Of a stretch of DNA of 64,000 nucleotides, positions 45,369-55,846 are shown piece after piece. The stretch is from an uncultured delta proteobacterium (GTDB lineage Bacteria > Desulfobacterota > BSN033 > UBA1163). The notes below the pieces were generated by a model. The model worked only from the letters and a program-made list of their open reading frames with translations. It did not search any database and was not told the origin of the DNA. Positions within the stretch are counted from its first letter, which is position 1; each line of letters begins with the position of its first letter. The DNA lies in contig CAVPSJ010000005.1 of assembly GCA_963708295.1 (NCBI GenBank), forward strand, positions 96,001-160,000, in the 5' to 3' direction. The translations under genes and the position numbers were made by a program.

Positions 45369-46760
45369 CTATGCTTTTTTTTCAGCAGGAAGTCTTATCC
45401 GGATCTCCAATCCTTCAGGCGAATTGAACGACTCGATTTTTCCACCATGTCTCTCAATGATCTTCTTGGTGATGGCCAGGCCCAATCCTGATCCAGGGAG
45501 CTTGGATCGCCCTGCCCGATGGAAGGGGTCGAAGATCCTGGTCAGATCCTCTTCTGCCAGTTTCTCGAAGGAGTTTGTTACGCTTATCTCCAGAAAACCC
45601 TGTTTAGAATACATCTTAACGATAATATCACCATTTTGGGGTGTAAACTTGGCGGCATTGTCAAGGATGTTTAATAATGCTAAACGAAGAGCCTCCCTGT
45701 CGCCCATTAATGGAGAATCGCTGGATAGGTCTGTTCTAACGCGTAGATCCTTCCGGTCCATCACCGGCTTAAGCCGTTCCAGAAGATCGTTTATAAGATC
45801 CGATGGGTTGAGTATTTCGAATTTTAATGGCGATTCATGAATATCCAGCCTTGATAATTCAAGGATTCGGCCTGTGAGACGATCCAGTTCACTGATATCT
45901 TCACGTATGTCATCCAGGTGTCTCTCATATTCTTTGAGGTTCCCATTTTCAAACTTTTCTCTGAGGAGTTCCTCTGCAATCCTGATTCTCGTCAGGGGTG
46001 TCCGCAGTTCATGGGAGACGTTGGCGGTGAGCTCTTTACTGCTCGTAATCATTCTTTCCAGTTTATCCGTCATGTGATTAAAGGCTTGGGCCAGTTCGCC
46101 TATTTCATCCTTCCCCTTCACAGCGGCCCTGTGGGAGAGGTCTCCTTCAGCAATACGAAGGGCAGATTGTCTCAGTTGTTTGACCCGATCGGTGATGAGC
46201 CTTGAAACGGGAATGATCAACAAGGCAACGATCAGACCGATAATGGCAAGGCCTAAGGCAAATCCACCTTCAGGATGGGGTGGTCCCTGACGACCAAACA
46301 ATATATGGATACTGCCTCTCTCTCCCTTCGGAAATGCGATGGGAATCACAGCATAAAAATGAGAATATCTTCGGCGGTACAATTTAAAACTCCTATAGTC
46401 TCTTGATCTCTTTTCTTTGAATTGTTCAACCATCACCGGGACTCCACCTTCAAAAGACTTCACGGACAAGGTCCCATCACTGCTTTGTAGCCAGACCTTC
46501 GCCCCCAGGATATCCCCAAAATCAGAGATAAATTCTCTTAAGGGTTCATTTTCTGACAATTCCGTGGTGGGTGCCGATCGAATCTTATCTTCAACGATCT
46601 CCTTTACAAGGAGGATCTTTCCTTTGGTGTAATGTTCTAATTGCGCGCGGAAGTCTTTACCGGGAATCATCACAAAGAGTCCGAAAATGGAGATCTCCGT
46701 GATAAAAAGAATGGCCAGAAAAGACAGAAAAATCTTTAGGTACAGCTTGCCAGGTTTCAT
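45369..46760 (-). CDS. HAMP-domain sensor histidine kinase (CpxA-like)
   Basis: Two TM helices, DEIGELA HAMP, SHELRTPL, GSGLGL. Confidence 0.9.
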   Translation of the reverse strand: MKPGKLYLKIFLSFLAILFITEISIFGLFVMIPGKDFRAQLEHYTKGKILLVKEIVEDKIRSAPTTELSENEPLREFISDFGDILGAKVWLQSSDGTLSVKSFEGGVPVMVEQFKEKRSRDYRSFKLYRRRYSHFYAVIPIAFPKGERGSIHILFGRQGPPHPEGGFALGLAIIGLIVALLIIPVSRLITDRVKQLRQSALRIAEGDLSHRAAVKGKDEIGELAQAFNHMTDKLERMITSSKELTANVSHELRTPLTRIRIAEELLREKFENGNLKEYERHLDDIREDISELDRLTGRILELSRLDIHESPLKFEILNPSDLINDLLERLKPVMDRKDLRVRTDLSSDSPLMGDREALRLALLNILDNAAKFTPQNGDIIVKMYSKQGFLEISVTNSFEKLAEEDLTRIFDPFHRAGRSKLPGSGLGLAITKKIIERHGGKIESFNSPEGLEIRIRLPAEKKA

Positions 46761-47461
46761 GGGGTATCGATGAACATGTAACCGGCTCCCCATACCGTCT
46801 TGATTCGCATGGGGGAACGGGGATCCGGTTCCAGTTTAGCTCTTAATTTACTGATGTGGACGTCGATGCTCCTATCAAATGCCATAAAGTCTCTTCCCCG
46901 GGCAAGGTTCATGAGCTGATCTCGACTGAAGACCACATTAGGATGCCGCATCAGCACCTCAAGAATCTTATATTCGGTCGAGGAGAGTTCCAATTCTTTA
47001 TCTTCGATCAATAGGGTTTGCTTCGCCTTGTTCAGTGTCACACCGCCTGCCTTTAACAAGGTGTCTTCCTTTTTTCTGACTTTATCCCTATCCTCGGGAA
47101 CCGACCTTCTCAATACCGCTTTCATCCTGGCCAGCAACTCCCTTGGATTGAATGGCTTGGGCAGGTAGTCGTCTGCTCCCAGCTCAAGTCCCACAATGCG
47201 GTCCGTCTGGTCTCCTTTGGCGGTCAGCATGATCACGGGTAGGGTATCGTCCATTCTGATCTCTTTCAGCACCTCCAGCCCGTCCTTTCCTGGCAGCATG
47301 ATGTCAAGAATGACAATCTCGGGTGATTCCTTCCGTAAGGTTTTCTTGACATCGGAACCGTCCGCAAGGGTCAGGACCTTGAACCCATTCCCCTCAAGAT
47401 ATTCCTTGAGAAGCTTACGGAGCTTTTCATCGTCATCTATGATTAAAACTTTATTTCCCAT
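46757..47461 (-). CDS. OmpR-family response regulator (CpxR-like)
   Basis: Receiver domain; RSIDVHISKLR...KTVWGAGY. Confidence 0.92.
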   Translation of the reverse strand: MGNKVLIIDDDEKLRKLLKEYLEGNGFKVLTLADGSDVKKTLRKESPEIVILDIMLPGKDGLEVLKEIRMDDTLPVIMLTAKGDQTDRIVGLELGADDYLPKPFNPRELLARMKAVLRRSVPEDRDKVRKKEDTLLKAGGVTLNKAKQTLLIEDKELELSSTEYKILEVLMRHPNVVFSRDQLMNLARGRDFMAFDRSIDVHISKLRAKLEPDPRSPMRIKTVWGAGYMFIDTP

Positions 47462-47475
47462 GGATGTCACCTTTT

Positions 47476-47511
47476 TTTACCTCATTTTACGTATTTTTTA
47501 CATTTTTTTAC
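47476..47511. promoter_or_regulatory. Tandem CpxR/OmpR-type boxes
   Basis: Four TTTAC (GTAAA on the minus strand) at 47476, 47486, 47497 and 47507, forming two GTAAA-N5-GTAAA boxes between divergent genes. Confidence 0.65.
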
Positions 47512-47597
47512 ATATTCAAAAAACATTCTTCACAAGTTTGGATTATCCTCTCATCAATTAGAGAATGCAACCTAAAACAAAGAAAGGAGAGAAAATC

Positions 47598-48089
47598 ATG
47601 GGAAAAAGAAAAAAATATTTCATCGTCGGTAGCATTGTCCTTCTGATCGTGTTGTTCACGGGGTTTGGACTGGTTGCGGCACGGGGACCTTGCAGGGGTT
47701 TTCACAGAGGCTTTCATCCAGGATTTCACCACAAGGATGTTTCGGAGTTCATCCTCTGGCGGTTGGACAAAGGAGTAGAGGGATTGAACCTTTCGGAGGC
47801 TCAGAAAGGAAAATACGAGGAGATGAAGGGGAAACTGGAGGGACGGTTCAAAGAGCACAGGGATGACAGAAAGAGATGGATGGAGGAGCTTCAAACGGCA
47901 ATGAAAAAAGAAGGTCCTGATGTAAAGGTTCTATCTGAATCTATCAAGAAACGAATCGAACGTTTTTCAGGCTTCATGGAAGGAAATCTGGATCTCTTTG
48001 TTGAATTCTACGAAACCCTCGATCAAGAGCAGAAAGAGAAGATAATGGCCACGATCCGTAAGAAGATGAAAAGATGCCGGATAGAATGA
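47598..48089 (+). CDS. Spy/CpxP-like periplasmic helical protein
   Basis: Signal/TM segment; LNLSEAQ and LDQEQKEK motifs; divergent from the two-component pair. Confidence 0.65.
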   Translation: MGKRKKYFIVGSIVLLIVLFTGFGLVAARGPCRGFHRGFHPGFHHKDVSEFILWRLDKGVEGLNLSEAQKGKYEEMKGKLEGRFKEHRDDRKRWMEELQTAMKKEGPDVKVLSESIKKRIERFSGFMEGNLDLFVEFYETLDQEQKEKIMATIRKKMKRCRIE

Positions 48090-48122
48090 TCTCGAAATTG
48101 CACATCTAAATAAAGGAGGGGC

Positions 48123-48836
48123 ATGATGAAAAGCGCAACACGAAGAGAGTTTATGGTTGGCGGTTCAATGCTGATCGGAGGAGCGATCGGAGGCTTAACC
48201 CTGGGGAGCGAATTCTTCTTTCCGCAAAACGTCCAGGCAGCTAAGGTGGAATTTCCGGAATCAAGCTGTGGTCTTGAAAAGAAAACCGGCAAGAAGGTCC
48301 TGGTCGCCTATGCCAGTTATTGTGGAACAACGGGCGGTGTGGCCGAGGCCATTGGAAAGGTCCTGTGCGACAGGGGCGCCGTTGTGGATGTGCGTCCTGT
48401 CAAAAACGTAGGTGACTTAAGTTCATACCAGGCGGCCGTGATAGGTAGCGCCACTCGCACCGCGTCGTGGTGGCCCGAAGCGATAAGCTTTGTGGCGGGG
48501 CACAAAAAAACGTTAAGCCGGATACCTGTCGCCTATTTCTTGACCTGCCTGGCCTTGGTCAAGGATACCGAAGAAAGCCGCCGAACGGCAAGGAGCTTTA
48601 TGGAACCGGTGCTGAAGGCCGTACCTGAGGTGAAACCCATTGACATGGGGCTTTTCCCAGGGGCGCTGGACTACAGCAAGCTTAATCTGATGTACCGCAC
48701 CGTGATGAAATACAAGATGGGGAAAAAAGGTGTCCGGGAAGGTGATTTCCGAGACTGGACCGCAATCCGCACCTGGGCGGAGGGTCTGGGTTCGCCGTTG
48801 TTAGCCTTGGGAGGAAAAAGGTATGCTGCCCGATAG
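48123..48836 (+). CDS. Tat-exported flavodoxin-domain protein (HemG-like fold)
   Basis: TRREF Tat motif; VAYASYCGTT; GDFRDW. Confidence 0.8.
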   Translation: MMKSATRREFMVGGSMLIGGAIGGLTLGSEFFFPQNVQAAKVEFPESSCGLEKKTGKKVLVAYASYCGTTGGVAEAIGKVLCDRGAVVDVRPVKNVGDLSSYQAAVIGSATRTASWWPEAISFVAGHKKTLSRIPVAYFLTCLALVKDTEESRRTARSFMEPVLKAVPEVKPIDMGLFPGALDYSKLNLMYRTVMKYKMGKKGVREGDFRDWTAIRTWAEGLGSPLLALGGKRYAAR

Positions 48837-49398
48837 AAAAGACAGAAACAATCATGTATGCCCTGTTGAAAGAGCAGGCATCCTCGATCATAGAATTCGA
48901 AGATGGTTACAAGACCCTCACAAAATACTGAGGCCCTATATTGAAGAAGGGATGACAGTCCTGGATATAGGTTGTGGTCCGGGCTTTTTTTCTATTGACA
49001 TGGCTCAAATGGTGGGTCGATCCGGTCGAGTGATTGCTTCTGATTTGCAGGAAGGGATGCTTCAGAAACTAAGAGACAAGATTCAAGGAACAGAACTTGA
49101 GGAACGGTTCACACTCCATCAGTGCCAAGAGAACAAAGTCGGCGTGTCCGTGAGTGTGGATTTTGTTTTGGTGTTCTACGTGGTTCACGAAGTACCGAAC
49201 CCCAAGGAGTTTTTTAAAGAGATCAAATCCATATTAAAATCGAAGGGTCAAGTGCTCCTCGTGGAACCCCCTTTCCGTGTCTCAAAGAAGGCGTTTGAAG
49301 AAACGATCAGAAAAGCCCGGGATGCCGGATTGAAACCCGTTGAAGGGCCGAAAGTGCTTCTTAGCAAGACAGTGATTTTAAAAAAAGGCAAAGAATAA
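48823..49398 (+). CDS. Class I SAM-dependent methyltransferase
   Basis: VLDIGCGPGFFS. Confidence 0.88.
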   Translation: MLPDRKDRNNHVCPVERAGILDHRIRRWLQDPHKILRPYIEEGMTVLDIGCGPGFFSIDMAQMVGRSGRVIASDLQEGMLQKLRDKIQGTELEERFTLHQCQENKVGVSVSVDFVLVFYVVHEVPNPKEFFKEIKSILKSKGQVLLVEPPFRVSKKAFEETIRKARDAGLKPVEGPKVLLSKTVILKKGKE

Positions 49399-49529
49399 AA
49401 TGCTCCTCGCATCACTCTTGTGTCTAATAGGATTCTCAACGCAGAGACGCAAAGGACGCAGAGAAGTCGATAGAAAAATCTCCCTCTGCGATCTTGGCGT
49501 CTCCGCGGTAAACCTGATTACAGCACAGT

Positions 49530-49735
49530 GTTTCTTGACCGTGGGAATAGACTAAGCGACCAAAATCCTTGTCTCCAGTCAATAAAATTCTTTCACCGTG
49601 GAGAGCAAGTCCAATAACCTCCGAGTCCTCGGCTCTTGGACTACTCTCTGAAATACAAAGGACGTCAAATCCGGCTCTCCTGAGGGCACGGACCACAGCG
49701 AAGTCTCAGCTTTCATCAGCGAGGAAACGCATCAT
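49530..49735 (-). pseudogene. DUF5615 (PIN-like) toxin pseudogene
   Basis: MRFLADES*DFAVVRALR...LTGDKDFG; in-frame TGA at 49706-49708; 3' end runs into a repeat. Confidence 0.7.
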
Positions 49736-49986
49736 CATCTCCTGGCTGCTCTTCTAGGCGGGGGCAAGATGACCGTGTCCTCATGAGCCAATGCATCAGC
49801 CGCATATCGGATGGCAGCCTGGATATCTTCTTTGGTGAGCCGGGGATAGGCTTCTAAAAGCTCTCTTTCTTTCGCACCTTCACTCAGCTTTCTGAGAATA
49901 AGTTCAACCGGAATTCGGGTCCCCCGGATGACAGGTTTACCCAGCATCACCTTCGGATTAATCTCAATTCGGTCAGTAATGGTCAT
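49735..49986 (-). CDS. DUF433 family antitoxin-like protein
   Basis: INPKVMLGKPVIRGTRIPV...YPRLTKEDIQAAIRYA. Confidence 0.9.
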   Translation of the reverse strand: MTITDRIEINPKVMLGKPVIRGTRIPVELILRKLSEGAKERELLEAYPRLTKEDIQAAIRYAADALAHEDTVILPPPRRAARR

Positions 49987-50831
49987 GACAAACCTCCCCT
50001 TTCTCTCCAAGTAACAACGAAAAGGTCCTTCCAGTAAAACTATGATACAAAAGAGAAAGGGAATTGGCAAGCTTTAAGCGCTCGGCCGGGCACCTTGCCG
50101 GCCAGCAAGAGGAGTTGAACCTGTTGACTTAAAGATTAAGCCAGAAATGACTGCCTTGCTTTGAGCTTTGCCTGCCCGCCGAAGCTTCAGCATAGGCGGG
50201 AGCCTTTCAGCTTTGAGCATTCTCCAAATTCCACATTCCGAATTCCGAGCTCCGCATTTGAATCCGCCAACTTTTTTGTGGATGACAGCGGAGATTGGTA
50301 TTTAAAAACTCAGCTTGTGTAGGACCTGACACCCAATTTCTTCTCACGCCCCGATTGGATCAGAAGAAGAATCTCTCTCTGCGATCTCCGCGCCTCAGCG
50401 GTGAAACCTGGGTTCGAAAACGACGAAGGTTAATCCAAAAAACCAATGAAAGCAGGGTCGCCCACAAGAGATTCCCCTTAATTTGGAAAGCAGTGGATTT
50501 CAGCGAGGCATCTGATAGTTTGATTCACCTAATAACCTCTTGAAAAACTAGAGTTTGAACGGGACTAACTTTCTTATGGCCGACAGCCATTTTTATTCTC
50601 TGTTGATTTTACCTTTTTCCTTTTGGTTTCCCCCTCCAACCTTTATCCTTTTGCCTTCCCCACATTGACGGCGCCACAGAATAAGCTTATGATACAGAGC
50701 AAGTAATGAAGGTGTGATCAAAAGCCGCGTTAGAGAGTTATTCAGAAGTTCGTCCAAAACGTTCCCTGTAACACGATAACCTTCGATCATATTTGCTTCA
50801 GCTACTAATTCTTCTTCATAAAGAAGGTACT

Positions 50832-52162
50832 ATGAGTTTCAGTTCGTTTAAGCTTCATCCGAAAATAGCGGCCAATGTCAATGCGCTCGGCTACAAGATC
50901 CCAACTCCTATCCAGGTACAGGCGATCCCGCCGGTCCTCGCAGGTAAAGACGTGATGGGCCTTGCTCAGACCGGGACGGGCAAAACGGCGGCTTTCGTGC
51001 TGCCCATTCTGGAGCGTCTGCTTCCGGGTCCGCGCGGCAAGGTCCGCGCCCTGATTATCGCGCCCACACGCGAACTGGCAGAACAGATCCACGTATCGAT
51101 CGGAGAACTGGGACGCAACACAGACCTGAAGAGCTGCACCATCTACGGCGGCGTGGGCGTGAACCCGCAGATCCAGAAACTGCGCGCCGGCGTCGATATC
51201 GTCGTCGCCTGTCCCGGCCGTCTACTCGATCACCTGAACCAGAAGACGATCAACCTTGCGAACCTGGAGGTCCTTGTCCTTGACGAGGCGGACCGGATGT
51301 TCGACATGGGCTTCCTGCCCGATGTCCGGCGTATCGTCAAACAATTGCCGCTAAAGCGCCAGACGCTGATGTTCTCTGCCACCATGCCCGATGAGTATCC
51401 GAAAACTGACGGACGAAGTGCTGCATGATCCGGTCACGGTAAAGGTCGGCCATACGGCTCCGGCAAACACCGTCTCCCATGCCCTCTATCCGGTCGAGCA
51501 GCATCTGAAGACCGGACTCCTCATGGAACTCTTGAAGCAGACCGATACGGAATCGATCCTGATCTTTACACGCACCAAGCACCGGGCCAAACGCATCGGA
51601 CAACAGCTTGAGAAGGCAGGGTACAAGGCTGCCTCGCTCCAGGGAAACCTCTCGCAGAACAAGCGCCAGGATGCCCTTGACGGCTTCCGCAACGGCTCCT
51701 ACCAGATTCTGGTGGCCACCGATATCGCGGCCCGCGGCATCGATGTCCTGAGCATATCCCACGTCATCAACTATGACATTCCGGATACGACGGATGCCTA
51801 CACACACCGCATCGGCCGTACCGGCCGCGCCGCAAAGACCGGCGACGCCTTCACCTTCGTCAGCCCGTGAGGACGAACCCCTGGTCAAGAGCATCGAGCG
51901 TGTGCTCGGCGAGAAGATCGAGCGCCGCATACTGAAGGATTTCGATTACAAGAAGTCGGCGCCGGCACGGGATGCCGAATTTGCGCGCCCGCCGCGCGAG
52001 CCGCAACACCGCCGGACACAGCCGAAACCGGCGCAAACCGGCGCCCAGCCCAAGACACTCCGTAGACAGCCGTCACGCGGGGCCACTCCCGGAACAAGAA
52101 CGACAGCGTCGCATTCCCGAAGAAGGCGACGAGACCGGTATACCGTTAGTCGTAAACCGTAA
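50832..52162 (+). CDS. DEAD-box RNA helicase (RhlE-like), two frameshifts
   Basis: Q motif, AQTGTGKT, PTRELA, DEAD, SAT, HRIGRTGR. Confidence 0.9.
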
Positions 52163-52517
52163 GTGGCAAAGGGTTATAGGAAGTTTGAGGTTTGAGGAGC
52201 GCTTCGTCCAGACACCGAGATCCAGGCCTACCCGTTCCTGGGCATAACCGCTGACTGCCGTCACCCGAAGGTTAATCCAGGATGTCCCGGATCGAGAGAG
52301 AGATTCACCGATCTGGTGTCTGATGGAATAGGAAGAAACAAAGAGGAGTTTTTCTATTAAGGGTTTGCTTTTTATGATCTCAGCGAGGCATGTGATAGTT
52401 TGATTCACCTAATGACCTCTAGCAAGACCAGAGCTTGAGCGGGACCATCTTTTTTATGGATAACACCAAATCGCAATATCGCAAGCCTGTCCCCGGAGCC
52501 TGCTCCGCCCCTACAGG

Positions 52518-53195
52518 TTAGAACATGCGAACGGCGAGCCAGATGATGTGTCGGCCTCCCCCTCCGGGACCGCGTGCCCGCACACAGACCTGGGTCACCT
52601 CGAAGCCGACCCGGCACAGGCGTTTGGCGAAGGCTCGATCCGGACTGGCCGACCATACGGCTAACACGCCCGCAGCCCTCAGTGCCGCATAGGCTGCGTC
52701 CAGTCCGGCCCGGGCATATAGCCAGTCGTTGCCCTTCCGGGTCAGACCCGCGGGGCCATTGTCCACGTCCAGCAAGACGGCGTCGTACGCCTGCTGCTCC
52801 GCCAGGAGAATTCGGGCGACATCGGCCTCTCGAACAGCGACTCGGGCATCCTGGAGGGGATGACCGGCCAGGTCCGCGAGGGGTCCCCGGTTCCACGCCA
52901 CCACCGCCGGCACCAGTTCGGCAACCACCACCTGCCCATCGGCTCCGAGTCGGTGTAGCACCGCAGCAGTAGTGTACCCCATTCCCAATCCCCCGATCAG
53001 GACCCGGGGACGGGGGCGGTGACCGATTCTGGCGCACGCGAGCTCGGCCAGAGCACCCTCAGATCCATGGGCACGACTGTTCATGAGTTCACGACCGTCC
53101 ACCCGGATCGAGAACTCCCCGCCCCGCTGATACAAACGAAGCTCTTCGCCGCTTTCGGGCACCTGCGCACTGTCGAGGAGCTCCCAGGGTATCAT
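52518..53195 (-). CDS. Spermidine-synthase-like SAM-binding protein
   Basis: ELMNSRAHGSE, LIGGLGMG, LLDVDNGP. Confidence 0.8.
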   Translation of the reverse strand: MIPWELLDSAQVPESGEELRLYQRGGEFSIRVDGRELMNSRAHGSEGALAELACARIGHRPRPRVLIGGLGMGYTTAAVLHRLGADGQVVVAELVPAVVAWNRGPLADLAGHPLQDARVAVREADVARILLAEQQAYDAVLLDVDNGPAGLTRKGNDWLYARAGLDAAYAALRAAGVLAVWSASPDRAFAKRLCRVGFEVTQVCVRARGPGGGGRHIIWLAVRMF

Positions 53196-53286
53196 TGTCG
53201 TTTCTCCGGAAAATTGATCCTTTTCGACATCAGGGCGACTTCACTCCCCTTCATGGAGGTCTGTTTTCAGCTTTGCCCAGTCCATA

Positions 53287-54228
53287 CTATTCACTCAATA
53301 TTCTCTTCAGCTGATTAACCTTCTCTGATAGCTTCGCATTCTCTTTTAATCTCTCTTCGAGCCTTCGCGTATTCTGACTCACCGCAGAAGGGCCGATCCC
53401 CCCGAAATGCCTTCCAATCTCGCCTAAGGACTCCCCGCTCAGACGATGGGAGAGATACAGGGCAACCCTTCTCGAATCTTCTGCTCTCCTTCCAAATAGA
53501 CTCTCTGCTTCTTTCCGTATAGACGACAATTCAGGCCATTTCGAAAGCTGCCGCAATGAAGGGATGTCTCGATGATAGGCCCTTTTTCCAACGCAGTTCT
53601 CTCTCACCCAATCGACAAATTCTTCAGATCCTAATATCGCCGAGCTGACCACCTGCTCTAGCAGATCTTTTGTCGCTCTTCCGCTAACCTCCCCTACGAA
53701 CTTCCGATACCCCTTACGTGCCCTCTTCTCGTTTCTGCTGATTTGACCCAGTATCCATTCGGTCTTTACCCAATCCCGCCCTTTTCTGTCCGCCGCATAG
53801 TCCATATAACTGCTCCAAGGGTACAATCGAGGGTCCTTCACCATATGAGCCCTCACAGGATTAAGATGGATGTATCGCGATAACTCCATCGCATAGTGAT
53901 CCTTATCCACGAGGATCGCCCGATACCTGCCCTGAAAGAGATGGCCTGCTCTCCCTGTCTTGACATTGAAATAGTTGGTATAACCCGTGTTTAGGTGATG
54001 CAATATCTGGCGGAGATTCCCCCTTGGGGTCTCCAGAAGGAGATGGTAATGGTTAGACATCAAACAAAAGCAGTGGATTTGCGCTCCATATCTCTCTGTT
54101 GCGGACTCCAAATAACCGATCATTCTTTCGTAATTCTTCTGAGTTAGAAATATATCTCTCCTTTCATTCCCACGGGAGGTAACATGATAGAAAGCTCCCG
54201 GATATTCTATCCTCAAAGGCCGTCCCAT
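53287..54228 (-). CDS. Y1 HUH transposase (RAYT/TnpA-REP-like) with a C-terminal DnaA-like HTH
   Basis: YHVTSRGN, MSNHYHLL (HUH), GHLFQGRY, YIHLNPVRA, YPWSSY; C-terminal SLGEIGRHFGG. Confidence 0.9.
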   Translation of the reverse strand: MGRPLRIEYPGAFYHVTSRGNERRDIFLTQKNYERMIGYLESATERYGAQIHCFCLMSNHYHLLLETPRGNLRQILHHLNTGYTNYFNVKTGRAGHLFQGRYRAILVDKDHYAMELSRYIHLNPVRAHMVKDPRLYPWSSYMDYAADRKGRDWVKTEWILGQISRNEKRARKGYRKFVGEVSGRATKDLLEQVVSSAILGSEEFVDWVRENCVGKRAYHRDIPSLRQLSKWPELSSIRKEAESLFGRRAEDSRRVALYLSHRLSGESLGEIGRHFGGIGPSAVSQNTRRLEERLKENAKLSEKVNQLKRILSE

Positions 54229-54288
54229 AACCCAGGACTACCATGATTTAAGATGGCTTGTCAAGAGTGTAGAGTGTAGACCTGACAC

Positions 54289-55026
54289 CTATGTCTTTTG
54301 CCCAACAGTGATCTGTTCTGACTTAATCACCCGATGCTTTTCGTCCAACAGTACGACATGAAATTCCTCTTGTTTGGCCTCCCTTGCTAACCTAATAAAA
54401 TGTTCCTTGCAATATGTCAGGGCATCAGAGGTGTTTCTGAGTTTGTGGCGAGGCAGTGATTCGGTCGTTCTTTGACTTGCCAACCTCTTACCCAGTTCCA
54501 GACCAGAAATAATTTGACAATAAGCAGTTTCACCAATGGCTCTACTAATCTGTTTCAGTTCCCCTCTCGCTTGGAGAGACAGTTTTTCAAGGTCATTTCC
54601 AAATAATGTGGCCAGTCTTTCACCGGCCTGCATTGCAGATTCACCTTGAAGACCAGATCGAATCAAGATAGCTAGAAGTTCCGAGATTTTGAGTTCTGAC
54701 GGCCCCAATCGGAGAAGACGTTCTCTGGGGCGATCTATTGATGGGGATCGCTTGATTGTGACAGTAAAAACGCGCTTATCAATCCACCTGCCTGCATTGA
54801 ACTCATCTCTCTTGGCCGACCAAGCATATTGCGATTTTGTTTTTGACCCTGAGTTGGTTAAATAACCATCCTTTACCAATTCGGAAATTATTCTGCCTAT
54901 AAATTGAGGTTTCTCGTTCTTTATCGCTTTGTAGATATCGGGCTTATTGAACGAATCACTTTCCATCAGGACGTTGACTATTGATTGATATCCTGCAAAG
55001 CGTTTTACGTCCGGCTGGGTTTTCAT
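54289..55026 (-). pseudogene. RadC/JAB-family protein with an N-terminal extension, 3'-truncated
   Basis: RPRERL..G, ELLAILIRSG, QEEFHVVLLD; ends before the JAB HNHPS motif, with its stop inside the transposase end repeat. Confidence 0.75.
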
Positions 55027-55326
55027 TTTCTATCCGCGAAAGATTCTTTCATTGTGGAACGCGATAAATTCAGACCCTGGGCGCAATCGTTTATCTGTAC
55101 TGCATTAAGGGGACGTTGGTTCTGAAACAACTTACGCCCGAAGACCGACCTCGAACTCTTGCCCCTATTTTGCCCTTCAGAAATCTCATCCACCCTCGCC
55201 CTTCATTGAAGCATAGCGTCTGTGTCCCCCTCAACTGACTGGCAACGAGGGGGACGTAGGTTCTAAAACAACTTACGCCTGGAGGCCTTGGTTGAATGTC
55301 CCTAATCATTTTTCTTTTTACAAACC

Positions 55327-55506
55327 TCATCCACCCCCACCCTTCAACTGTTCCGGAGTCCTCTCTCCCAGCCAAAGCTTGCAGACGTTCTTCCAACCGA
55401 TGCGACGCCATTTCTTAAAGGCAGCTTTCAACTCGTTCAGATCCTTGGCTTCCTGAAGATCTTGCTGGGCGGCTTTCAAATCTTCAAGAGATGCAATCGC
55501 TGGCAT
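55327..55506 (-). CDS. Unannotated 59-aa protein, copy A
   Basis: MPAIASLEDLKAAQQDLQEAKDLNELKAAFKKWRRIGWKNVCKLWLGERTPEQLKGGGG; GAGG RBS; paralog at 57017-57196. Confidence 0.75.
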   Translation of the reverse strand: MPAIASLEDLKAAQQDLQEAKDLNELKAAFKKWRRIGWKNVCKLWLGERTPEQLKGGGG

Positions 55507-55846
55507 GTCTCAACCTCAAACCAAGGCTGGGCCCAGGGGGACGTTGTTGAATTCTGTCACTTATTTTTCCTTTCAGAAATCTCATCCGCCATTCACCTTT
55601 CATTTAAAGATGGTGTCCCCCTCAACTCACTGGGGCCGAAGACGGAGTGTCGCGTGTCAGCAAACAAGCATAGAGCAAAGAGCATAGAGCATAGGGTAAA
55701 AATCTTTTAATCGTTAAACGTACTACGAAAGAACGTGTCCCTGCCTACCGGCCCCGGTCCCGACCGAGGGCGGGGCAGGCAGGCGTGATTCGTATCCGTG
55801 GCTAAATCATCTGAGACCTTACCAGAAAAAATGCCTATTCGCGTTT

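Noticed and set aside
49706-49708. TGA at the expected Cys position of DUF5615, a possible selenocysteine codon
   Set aside because: No convincing SECIS hairpin follows, and the gene is also 3'-truncated. A pseudogene or base error is simpler.
55091-55411. 106-aa ORF with an internal repeat
   Set aside because: Alternative frame across the 59-aa gene and the non-coding repeats; this frame is not conserved in copy B.
55100-55650. Repeats as a CRISPR array or integron attC sites
   Set aside because: Irregular spacing, degenerate copies, no RYYYAAC/GTTRRRY attC structure seen, and no IntI nearby.
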